A stretch of DNA of 64,000 bases, taken from a virus. The position numbers and the translations under genes are program-made. The notes below the pieces were generated by a model. It was not told the origin of the DNA. It worked only from the letters and a program-made list of their open reading frames with translations, and made no database searches. This document shows positions 9,908 to 17,048 of the stretch, piece after piece (within the stretch, counting starts at the first letter, position 1; each line of letters begins with the position of its first letter). Where the stretch lies: the IMG/VR virus record IMGVR_UViG_3300027863_000019, positions 64,001 through 128,000 of that record; one strand, 5' to 3'.

Positions 9908-10914
9908 GGAATATGTTAATCGCGATTGGTGAAGATCCAACTCGTGAAGGATTGTTAGATACTCCGAAGCGAGTCGTAAAAGCCTGGAATGAAATGTTTG
10001 CCGGATATAGAATGAAGCCGGAAGACATCGCTACCACATTTGATGCAGATGGGTACAATGAGTTAGTTCTTTTAAAAGGAATTGAATTCTACTCTACGTG
10101 CGTCGCAGGCTTTACAATGGTTGAAACTCCGAAAGGAAGGATGCCCTTATTTGCTTTGCGCTCAGGCGATTGGATTTATTCATTTAATGAACAACTCAAA
10201 ACGTTTGAAGTTGAACGGTGCTTAAATCCTAGAGTGACTCAGAAGGATGTCGAAGTTTTAAGGGTTATTTCCGAAAAAGATACTTTATTGTGTACTCCAG
10301 ATCATAAGTTTTTAACTTATGATGGTTGGGTTGAAGCTAAAGATTTGCGTCCTGGAACTAGAATTATCTCTGTATATGAAGATCCAATAAGAAGAGCCGC
10401 AATGTTTAAAAAAAGAAGTGAGTCGGTTGCTGTATCGTGGGAGGGAAGACGCGCCGATAAAAATCATAAAATTTTAGGTGTCGATTCTTTCCATGAAAAA
10501 ATTGATGTTTGGTGCCTTGATGCACCTAAAAATCATAACTTTGTTGCGAATGGGATGGTCGTACACAATTGTGAACATCACATGTTAAGCTTTTCGGGGA
10601 AGGCACATGTTGGATATATTCCAAATGGAAAGATTATCGGGATCTCAAAGCTTGCGCGCATCCTCGACATCTTTGCCAAACGTTTGCAGATCCAAGAACG
10701 AATTGGTCAACAAGTAACTCGAGCAATTAACGATTTGCTTGATCCAGTCGGTTCTGCTTGTATCATCGAAGCACAACATCTATGTATGAGATGTCGAGGA
10801 GTTGAGAAGCAAGAGTCAGTAATGATCACGAGTAGCTTAACTGGAGTCTTTCTCGAACACTCCGATAGAGGATTAGCAGCTCGCGCAGAACTGATGAGTT
10901 TAATAAGAGGTTAA
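9877..10914 (+). CDS. folE: GTP cyclohydrolase I containing a mini-intein
   Basis: GEDPTREGLLDTPKRV, FYST|intein|CEHH, GISKLAR, RLQIQER, AQHLCMRCRGV. Confidence 0.93.
   Translation: MDTTAKQDLVRNMLIAIGEDPTREGLLDTPKRVVKAWNEMFAGYRMKPEDIATTFDADGYNELVLLKGIEFYSTCVAGFTMVETPKGRMPLFALRSGDWIYSFNEQLKTFEVERCLNPRVTQKDVEVLRVISEKDTLLCTPDHKFLTYDGWVEAKDLRPGTRIISVYEDPIRRAAMFKKRSESVAVSWEGRRADKNHKILGVDSFHEKIDVWCLDAPKNHNFVANGMVVHNCEHHMLSFSGKAHVGYIPNGKIIGISKLARILDIFAKRLQIQERIGQQVTRAINDLLDPVGSACIIEAQHLCMRCRGVEKQESVMITSSLTGVFLEHSDRGLAARAELMSLIRG
10099..10569 (+). mobile_element. mini-intein (157 aa) in FolE
   Basis: Starts CVAGFT, block B CTPDHKFLT..GW, ends HNFVANGMVVHN before extein Cys; too short for an endonuclease. 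Confidence 0.9.
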
Positions 10915-11059
10915 AAGGAAAAAAGTGGGTGTCTCCGGTATATGATTATGTCAACTTTTTGATGCAGCTTTTGCTCACTATACTTTTTCCCTTTTAATAG
11001 CATCTAAAACCATTGATAATTTATTTATCAATTGCAGGAATACTGAAACAAATGTAAAA

Positions 11060-11215
11060 CACGGAAGTGAGGAAAGCGTTACTTCTATGACGAGGTCTGA
11101 GAAAATCGGACTTACTGCTCCACAAGTGGAGCTCCAGAAGCACAACCGAGAGATGCGCGTTAGCGTTAGGAACTCGTGATTAATGTATCTAAACGCTTTT
11201 CAATTTTTCTCCGTG
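11060..11215 (+). ncRNA. Y-RNA-like unit 1 (conserved closing helix plus ~105-nt multibranch domain)
   Basis: CACGGAAGTGAGGAAAGCGTTACTTC ... AACGCTTTTCAATTTTTCTCCGTG; ends pair; internal hairpins GTCTGA/TCGGAC and GCTCCAC/GTGGAGC. Confidence 0.7.
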
Positions 11216-11229
11216 CTTCCTTAAAAGGA

Positions 11230-11307
11230 TTTAAATTGTAAGTTTGGGGTTACTTCGTGCATAGGAAAAAACCTTGATCACAATTTCTCCCAATCTTACA
11301 ATTTAAA
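11230..11307 (+). ncRNA. Y-RNA-like unit 2 (5' strand of conserved helix partly missing)
   Basis: Outer stem TTTAAATTGTAAG-T-TTGGG / CCCAA-T-CTTACAATTTAAA; GGTTACTTCG and AACCTTGATCACAATTTCTCC retained, AGTGA segment absent. Confidence 0.55.
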
Positions 11308-11399
11308 ATAAAGGGTAGTGAGATTAGGCTTACTTCGCACATATGCTCATAACACGTCAGTGCTTAAACAAGCCTTTTCATTTTACTCCTACCTATTTT
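11306..11399 (+). ncRNA. Y-RNA-like unit 3
   Basis: GGTAGTGAGATTAGGCTTACTTCG-GCAC...GTGC-AAGCCTTTTCATTTTACTCC. Confidence 0.65.
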
Positions 11400-11420
11400 A
11401 CCTAAGAGAGGTATAAACAA

Positions 11421-11501
11421 ATGGCTGGACCTAAAGGCGGTAAAGGTGGCGGAGGTAAAGGTGGCGGAGGTAAAGGTGGCGGAGGTGGTAAAGCCTGTTA
11501 A
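11421..11501 (+). CDS. Gly/Lys-rich micropeptide (26 aa)
   Basis: MAGPKGGKGGGGKGGGGKGGGGGKAC*, upstream AAGAGAGGT RBS; 15-nt tandem repeat GGTAAAGGTGGCGGA x3. Confidence 0.55.
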   Translation: MAGPKGGKGGGGKGGGGKGGGGGKAC

Positions 11502-11517
11502 TAAGTTGTTATCCTTT

Positions 11518-11583
11518 TGTAGGGTCTGAATACCGGATGAATCCGGCTTTCTAAAAGCCCTCTGAAGCTGAGGGAGCATTCAC
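11518..11583 (+). mobile_element. IS200/IS605 TnpB right-end/omegaRNA fragment (diverged copy)
   Basis: Similar to about 42937-43002; ends AAGCCCTCTGAAGCTGAGGGAGCATTCAC. Confidence 0.8.
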
Positions 11584-11584
11584 T

Positions 11585-11669
11585 AGTGTGAGGTAGTGAC
11601 GTTTAGGGTTACTTCGGTAAAGCAACTGTTCGAAAAAACAAAACCCTTTACACTTTTCTCCTCAATACT
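11585..11669 (+). ncRNA. Y-RNA-like unit 4
   Basis: AGTGTGAGGTAGTGACGTTTAGGGTTACTTCG ... AAACCCTTTACACTTTTCTCCTCAATACT. Confidence 0.65.
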
Positions 11670-11683
11670 TCGCAGGATTTGAA

Positions 11684-12031
11684 ATGGGTAACCTTAGTCA
11701 TTGCTGTCCGTTTTGTGGAACTCCAGTTACGGTAGTTGGGCCTTGTGAGAAGTGTATGCCTAAATCACCCGAGCAGATTTTGCAAGGAGCTATAAGAGAA
11801 GATCCTATATTACAACAGAGTATCGTGGCAACAGAAGGTGATGAACTAAAGGATATTATTTTTAACTACGTCAACGCCCAGCCTGAGAAGCGGCTTCACC
11901 TTGATACAATCATTGCACGAATTAAAGGTGCTATGCCGAACGAGCACACAGGAAGTGTAAAACGCGCACTAAGATTTTTGCTTGATGAAGGGCGCGTAAA
12001 GCAAATTCAAGAAACTATAGTAATCAATTAG
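11684..12031 (+). CDS. hypothetical protein, N-terminal Zn-binding motif and possible winged-helix C-terminus
   Basis: CPFC...CEKC; C-terminal VKRALRFLLDEGRV; AGGA RBS. Confidence 0.55.
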   Translation: MGNLSHCCPFCGTPVTVVGPCEKCMPKSPEQILQGAIREDPILQQSIVATEGDELKDIIFNYVNAQPEKRLHLDTIIARIKGAMPNEHTGSVKRALRFLLDEGRVKQIQETIVIN

Positions 12032-12164
12032 GAAGTGAGGAAACGGCTACTTCGACTAGGAACCGCCATTGTAGGTTCGAGTCCTACTCTCCCGATCATG
12101 GCGGGAGATGGTGAAATTGGTAATCACAGCGGAATAGAAAAACCGTTTTCATTTTTCTCCTAAT
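12027..12164 (+). ncRNA. YrlA-like Y RNA (unit 5) with circularly permuted tRNA-like domain
   Basis: Closing helix ATTAGGAAGTGAGGAAACGGCTACTTC / AACCGTTTTCATTTTTCTCCTAAT enclosing CCGC, T-arm GTAGG-TTCGAGT-CCTAC, loop-closed acceptor stem TCTCCCG/CGGGAGA, D-arm GTG-AAATTGGTAAT-CAC, GCGG; about 1.1 kb from Ro60. Confidence 0.82.
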
Positions 12165-12264
12165 GTAGTTGTGAGAGGTCTTACGAAACGAAAGCAATTA
12201 TATTTATATTAAGTCTCGCCCTTTCTAGTATCATTTGGGTGGCAGTACGACTTCATTAACTTGA

Positions 12265-12341
12265 TGCGGATTGGAGAAGCGGTCTATCTCGTTTGGTTCA
12301 TAACCAAAAGATCACCGGTTCGAATCCGGTATCCGCTACCA
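12265..12341 (+). tRNA. tRNA-Met(CAU), initiator-like
   Basis: Acceptor GCGGAT/ATCCGC with 1:72 mismatch, D-stem GAGA/TCTC, anticodon arm TTTGG-TTCATAA-CCAAA, T-arm ACCGG-TTCGAAT-CCGGT, encoded ACCA. Confidence 0.9.
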
Positions 12342-12347
12342 AATTTT

Positions 12348-12421
12348 AAATTGGGAAGTGAGGGTTGAGTTACTTCGATCATTGGTGACCGTTAACACTC
12401 AACTCGGTTTTCTCCCAATTT
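12348..12421 (+). ncRNA. Y-RNA-like unit 6
   Basis: AAATTGGGAAGTGAGGGTTGAGTTACTTCG ... ACTCAACTCGGTTTTCTCCCAATTT. Confidence 0.7.
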
Positions 12422-12438
12422 TCTTTGAACGCTCTCCA

Positions 12439-12460
12439 GGTAGTGAGTTGAGATACTTCG
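12439..12460 (+). ncRNA. Y-RNA-like unit 7, 5' half only (3' half replaced by tnpB fragment)
   Basis: GGTAGTGAGTTGAGATACTTCG followed 8 nt later by a tnpB 3'-end copy. Confidence 0.5.
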
Positions 12461-12468
12461 ACACTATT

Positions 12469-12567
12469 AATGCGGCTAAAAATATCCTGGCCCTGGGAAT
12501 GCAGGGCTTGAGGCTGGATTCATCCAGCTCTCTAGAAGCCCTCTGCTTCAGCTGAGGGAGCATTCAC
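12469..12567 (+). mobile_element. tnpB 3' end plus right end (omegaRNA scaffold fragment)
   Basis: Near-identical to about 42908-43002 (encodes NAAKNILALGMQGLRLDSSSSLEAL), ends GGGAGCATTCAC. Confidence 0.92.
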
Positions 12568-12768
12568 CGTCGCTGAAAAGAAAGAAACGAAGCGCAAAGC
12601 GGCATTCGGAAATACCATGAGTAATTCCGCTCTCAAAGAACTTCTTTTGATACCACTGCTTCAGATCGGAATTCAAAAGCCAAAATTCGTAGAAGAGCAG
12701 CAAGATTTTTTGACTACTGTCGTTTACCTCTTAACAAATTTGATTTTGAAACGCTTTAAATCTAATTT

Positions 12769-13131
12769 TTGAGGAATATGAAAATGTTAGAAAGTACATT
12801 CTCCAACGAGCTTCAGGGTGAACAACCTAATTTCGCTCCCGCGGCACCCGTTCTTTCAGGCATCACTTTCGTGGGACGAGTGGCAAAGATTCAGGTTTCG
12901 TTGCCTATCGCTGATGCAGATGGTGGTGCTTTGACTGGATTGGCTGCGGTGAATGTGTTCTATAAGAACGCTACATTCGTTGGTTCCGATCCTGCAACTG
13001 AACGTGCGGCTGGAACTCCGATAGTTACAGTTGCAATTACTCCTGAGCAAGCTGGCCAAGTGGTCGAAGTGGATATACCAGATCTTGAGTTTGGAAAGGT
13101 TTACTTCTTCGCCGCAACATGTAACGATTAA
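12769..13131 (+). CDS. hypothetical beta-rich (Fn3/Ig-like) protein; start probably 12778 or 12784
   Basis: APAAPVL...DADGGALTGLAAVNVFY...LEFGKVYFFAATC resembles Fn3-like phage proteins. Confidence 0.55.
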   Translation: MRNMKMLESTFSNELQGEQPNFAPAAPVLSGITFVGRVAKIQVSLPIADADGGALTGLAAVNVFYKNATFVGSDPATERAAGTPIVTVAITPEQAGQVVEVDIPDLEFGKVYFFAATCND

Positions 13132-13197
13132 TCCTGCTTAAAGCAAGGCTCCAATGGAAAGCCCTTTTTCAAATCAAAAGCAGGCAATGATCGTTCT

Positions 13198-13268
13198 TAT
13201 GCCTTGGCCTTGGTGTGTGATCTACGCCTGGATCATCAGATGGTGGCACAAGCTGAGGGAGCATTCAC
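13198..13268 (+). mobile_element. degenerate TnpB right-end fragment directly upstream of Ro60 RBS
   Basis: TATGCCTTGGCCTTGG..., GCCTGGATCATCAG, AAGCTGAGGGAGCATTCAC. Confidence 0.65.
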
Positions 13269-13289
13269 ATTCTTCCTGGAGGTGCTGAA

Positions 13290-14753
13290 ATGGCAAAATT
13301 CAACAGGAAAGTGTTATCACCAACATTAACAACTAACCTTGCAGGTGGTGAAGCTTATCAAGTGTCACCACAGTTGCAGTTCGTAACGACCCTGCTAACT
13401 TCATTCGCCGAAGACCAGTATTACCGGAAGGCAAGTGGAGCAGTCCGGACTGTTCGGTCTCTGATCGATCAGTTCCCGGATAAGTTGTTCGCGGCTAAGG
13501 CTGCGATCTTTGCTCGCAATGAGTTTGGAGTGAGATCCATTACTCACGTCGTTGCGGGTGAGATTGCCAATCGAGTTAAGGGAATCGGCTGGACCAAGCG
13601 GTTCTTCAATGCCGTTGTAAGGCGTCCGGATGACATCCTGGAAATTCTAGCTTATTACCTTGCAACTTATGGCAAGCCACTGCCAAACTCCTTGAAGAAA
13701 GGGTTGGCGGCTTCTTTCGACAAGTTCGACAAGTACCAGCTGGCAAAGTATCGCGGCGAGTCTCATAGCGTATCCCTCGTGGATGCGGTGAACTTAGTGC
13801 ACCCAAAACCGGTTGCCAAGAACGCGGAAGCGTTACGACAGCTGGTTAAGGATGCCCTGAAGTCCACTGAGACTTGGGAAGCGAAGTTGACCACTGCTGG
13901 ACAAGCGGCTCAAACCGAAGCGGAAAAGGAAGAGTTGAAGTCCCAAGCTTGGACTGAGTTGATTCGTGAGAAAAAGCTCGGGTACTTCGCGTTGCTCCGT
14001 AACCTACGGAACATCGCGCAGCAAGCTCCAGAGATTCTGGAAGATGCGCTGTCAATGCTGGTTGATCCGCAGCTCATCGAAAAGTCTTTGGTTCTTCCGT
14101 TCCGGTTTGGTACCGCATACAAGGAAATGGCTTTGGCTCGGAAGTCAGCCAGCACCAAAGCTGAAGTTTCCTTGTATGATAAAGTAGCGGGGGCTCTTGC
14201 AACGGCTGCTAGCATTTCTTTGAACAATGTGCCTAAGCTGCCTGGCAAAACCCTTGTGGCCTTAGATGTGTCGGGATCTATGGAAGGCAAACCTTTCGAT
14301 ATCGGATCCATGTTCGCTGTAGCTTTGGTAGGTGCGATGAAGGCGGATCTTATTATTTTCTCTAACTCCGCCAAGTACCTCAAACTGACCAAGACTGGAG
14401 ATATCTTCGAGAACATCGATTACATCTACAAGCATTCCGACTTTGGCGGAACTGACTTTCACTCAGTCTTCAGAACCGCCAAACATGCGTACGATAGAAT
14501 CATCATCCTGTCGGATATGCAGGCTTGGGTCGGGTATTATACACCAAAGGAAAGCGTGAAGGCCTTCAAGAAAGCCACTGGCGCCGATCCGCTAATCTAC
14601 TCCTTTGACCTGCAGGGTTATGGGACTCTGCAATTTCCAGAGTCAAAGGTATTCGCGCTGGCTGGATGGAGCGATAAGGTGTTTGACATCATGAAGATTT
14701 TAGAAACTGATCGTCAAGCCCTCATCAACACCATCAATGCTGTAACCTTCTAG
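13290..14753 (+). CDS. Ro60/Rsr TROVE-domain RNA-binding protein with vWA domain
   Basis: TTNLAGGEAY, AIFARNEFGVRS, KFDKYQLAKYR, ETWEAKL, GYFALLRNLRNI, LPFRF, MIDAS DVSGSM, GGTD, IIILSDMQ; GGAGG RBS. Confidence 0.93.
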   Translation: MAKFNRKVLSPTLTTNLAGGEAYQVSPQLQFVTTLLTSFAEDQYYRKASGAVRTVRSLIDQFPDKLFAAKAAIFARNEFGVRSITHVVAGEIANRVKGIGWTKRFFNAVVRRPDDILEILAYYLATYGKPLPNSLKKGLAASFDKFDKYQLAKYRGESHSVSLVDAVNLVHPKPVAKNAEALRQLVKDALKSTETWEAKLTTAGQAAQTEAEKEELKSQAWTELIREKKLGYFALLRNLRNIAQQAPEILEDALSMLVDPQLIEKSLVLPFRFGTAYKEMALARKSASTKAEVSLYDKVAGALATAASISLNNVPKLPGKTLVALDVSGSMEGKPFDIGSMFAVALVGAMKADLIIFSNSAKYLKLTKTGDIFENIDYIYKHSDFGGTDFHSVFRTAKHAYDRIIILSDMQAWVGYYTPKESVKAFKKATGADPLIYSFDLQGYGTLQFPESKVFALAGWSDKVFDIMKILETDRQALINTINAVTF

Positions 14754-14756
14754 TCC

Positions 14757-14798
14757 TAACGGGTAGGAGATCTATGGGTCTCCTACCCGTTATTTTTT
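14757..14798 (+). terminator. Rho-independent terminator after Ro60
   Basis: TAACGGGTAGGAGA-loop-TCTCCTACCCGTTA followed by TTTTTT. Confidence 0.85.
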
Positions 14799-14819
14799 GC
14801 TCTAATTGAGGATCCAGAC

Positions 14820-15134
14820 ATGGAACCAGTGTTGAGATCGAAAGCGCGTAGAGTTTCAATACAAACTTTGAAGGAACGTGACCTTGAATGGAAGAAGCTT
14901 ATGGATCAAAGTCATAGTTATGAATTAGATGAAGACTGCATTCGAGCTCACGTTTTAAACATGTTAGGACTTCTTAGTGAAGTCGATCTTCCTCAGGTAC
15001 TTCATGCTCGAATTGTTTGGGAAGAGCTGCAGGAAGGTGCTACAGGTCAAGTTCATCCTAATGTTGCTGAAGCAAGAAAAAGAGTTGAGATTTTAAAGAA
15101 AGAGGTGGAATCTAGTGCAGATGAATCAATTTAG
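14820..15134 (+). CDS. hypothetical protein
   Basis: 104-aa ORF with GAGG RBS. Confidence 0.6.
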   Translation: MEPVLRSKARRVSIQTLKERDLEWKKLMDQSHSYELDEDCIRAHVLNMLGLLSEVDLPQVLHARIVWEELQEGATGQVHPNVAEARKRVEILKKEVESSADESI

Positions 15135-15224
15135 AAGATAGATGAATGGTGGAATCTACGTAATTCAAAACTTAATTAACCATCAAGTTTATATTGGTAA
15201 TGTGGAATCGAAAGTATTTGGAGA

Positions 15225-15653
15225 GTGATGATGGAATTACTAGTTAAACTTCGTTATGAAGATTCAATCCCACCTTCAAAGAAACGTCGTGAAGATGCTG
15301 GGTGGGATTTATATTCTCAAAATGAAGTAACGTTAGCACCCGGAAGTACGGTTCCTTTAGACTGTGGAGTCTCTATTTGGGTGCCAGATGGATTTGCTGG
15401 GATTATCTTTCCTAGAAGTTCTTTTCGAAAACGCGGCTTGACCTGCCATAGCGTCTATGATCATGGGTATACTGGGTTGGTCCAACCGTTTATCACAAAC
15501 GGGTCAAATCAGGCAATTTTAATTGAAAAGGGTGAAAGAGTTTTACAATTCCTTTTCATGCCCGTTTTGCTTGGTGGTCGAGTTCGAATCGTTGAAGACT
15601 TACCTGAATCCGATCGCGGTGAGAACGGAGTAGGATCTACAGGTAGGAAATAA
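15225..15653 (+). CDS. dut: trimeric dUTPase
   Basis: DAGWDL, IFPRSS, YDHGYTG, GERVLQ, RGENGVGSTG (motifs 1-5). Confidence 0.9.
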   Translation: MMMELLVKLRYEDSIPPSKKRREDAGWDLYSQNEVTLAPGSTVPLDCGVSIWVPDGFAGIIFPRSSFRKRGLTCHSVYDHGYTGLVQPFITNGSNQAILIEKGERVLQFLFMPVLLGGRVRIVEDLPESDRGENGVGSTGRK

Positions 15654-15655
15654 TC

Positions 15656-15919
15656 ATGTTAGCAACAAATGGTCAATATATATTTAGTTTTGTGTGGTGG
15701 GTTTTTAGATTCATTACTTTAGCTGAAGTTGTGGCTATTGTTTATCTGTTTGCCTCGACTTGGAAGCTTAATAAGAGTATCGAAATTACCCAATCTATGA
15801 TGGAAGAAATCATGGAGCTAAAGAAACAGCGCGAAGTTCACTCCGGCGAGATGCTGCGAATGGATCAAAAGTTTTCCGAACTTTACTCTAAACATAAAAG
15901 GAATCCCGAAAATGACTGA
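15656..15919 (+). CDS. small membrane-anchored coiled-coil protein
   Basis: N-terminal hydrophobic segment, charged helical tail. Confidence 0.55.
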   Translation: MLATNGQYIFSFVWWVFRFITLAEVVAIVYLFASTWKLNKSIEITQSMMEEIMELKKQREVHSGEMLRMDQKFSELYSKHKRNPEND

Positions 15920-16289
15920 TTCTGATTGCACACAACATCGTACTTGTACTGGATAGATCTGGATCGATATCAACCGTTAAGGATGACAGGTTGGCAGTTT
16001 TAATCAATTCCTCGAAGAGCAACAAAGTTACTCCAGGTAAAAGCGACAATGACGCTGGCTCAATTTGATAATGAATATGATATCATTTATGACTTCGTCC
16101 CGATTCAGCATATTGCTAAGAGAACAGAGAAGAACTTTAATGGCTAGATTGCTTGATGCTGTTGGTATGACGACTAAAGGTGTCGAACAGTATCTAAGAA
16201 ATCTCCCCGAAAACCAAAGACCCTCAAAAGTTTTTGCGATTCTCACCAGCGGTCATGAAAATGATAGTCGCAAAAATTCCCCCGGTTAA
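15912..16289 (+). pseudogene. multiply frameshifted vWA-domain gene
   Basis: Pieces across frames: IVLVLDRSGSI (MIDAS), FNQFLEEQ, ATMTLAQFDNEYDIIYD, LLDAVG, KVFAILTSGHENDSR. Confidence 0.7.
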
Positions 16290-16367
16290 GTTTCATGTTT
16301 TAATGGTAATGCCACGAAAGGAATGTTTGGAACGTGTCCTCATAAAATTGAAAAGGGAGTGATTGTC

Positions 16368-17048
16368 ATGGCTGGAGAGATGTCTTGTATTGTCCTTTTA
16401 AGTGGTGGAATGGATAGTGCTACCTTACTCGCTAAAGCAATTAACGAGTTTGATAAAGTTAGCGCTCTCACTTTAATTTATGGTCAGAAGCATCGTCATG
16501 AATTAAAATGTGCAATGACTTTAACTAAGCACTTTAAAGTTCCCCACAAGGTCTTGGACGTATCGGTTATCAATTCGATTCTTCAAGGTTCGGCGTTAAC
16601 TGATTCTAGAGTGTCTGTTCCAAAAGGGCACTACGAAGATGAATCAATGAAGATGACCGTAGTGCCCGCACGAAATACAATCCTTCTAAGCCTCGCGCTT
16701 GGTTGGTGTATCAGCTGTGGATTTAATACGGTTGCGTATGCTGCACATTCTGGAGATCATGCAATCTATCCCGATTGTCGTCCAGACTATATCGCCGCGA
16801 TGCAAGACGTATTTAATAAAGCGCATTACTGGCCAATTAATCTATATGTACCTTTTATGCACATGGATAAAGGTTCAATCCTTGAAGTTGGATTTAAGTT
16901 GGGTGTTCCGTATGAACATACGTGGACTTGTTATGATCCACAGGGTGAAGAGCCCTTAGCATGTGGAACTTGTGGTAGTTGTACTGAAAGGCTTGAGGGA
17001 TTCGCAAAGAATAAAGTGAAGGATCCCGTTCAATACGTGAAAAGGTAA
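16368..17048 (+). CDS. queC: 7-cyano-7-deazaguanine synthase
   Basis: VLLSGGMDS, YGQKH..E, VVPARN, YPDCRP, TWTCY, CGTCGSC.ER; GGGAG RBS before ATG 16368. Confidence 0.95.
   Translation: MAGEMSCIVLLSGGMDSATLLAKAINEFDKVSALTLIYGQKHRHELKCAMTLTKHFKVPHKVLDVSVINSILQGSALTDSRVSVPKGHYEDESMKMTVVPARNTILLSLALGWCISCGFNTVAYAAHSGDHAIYPDCRPDYIAAMQDVFNKAHYWPINLYVPFMHMDKGSILEVGFKLGVPYEHTWTCYDPQGEEPLACGTCGSCTERLEGFAKNKVKDPVQYVKR

Noticed and set aside
10913-10996. Hairpin after folE as another Y-like unit
   Set aside because: Ends pair (AAAAGGAAAAAAGTGGGT / GCTCACTATACTTTTTCCCTTTT) but the GGWAGTGA and TACTTC motifs are absent; left unassigned.
11364-11579. Minus-strand ORF with TSATF repeats
   Set aside because: Antisense shadow of the Gly/Lys repeat; the + strand ORF has the RBS and matches the direction of all other genes.
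12061-12133. Canonical tRNA gene at the GGTTCGAGTCC T-loop
   Set aside because: The T-arm precedes the D-arm, and there is no anticodon loop or CCA; it is a permuted mimic.
11060-12460. CRISPR array interpretation of the repeated units
   Set aside because: Repeats are bipartite, degenerate and irregularly spaced with covarying stems; no identical direct repeats with uniform spacers and no cas genes.
12358-12555. 65-aa ORF in the track
   Set aside because: Chimeric read-through of Y-like units 6-7 and the tnpB 3' fragment.
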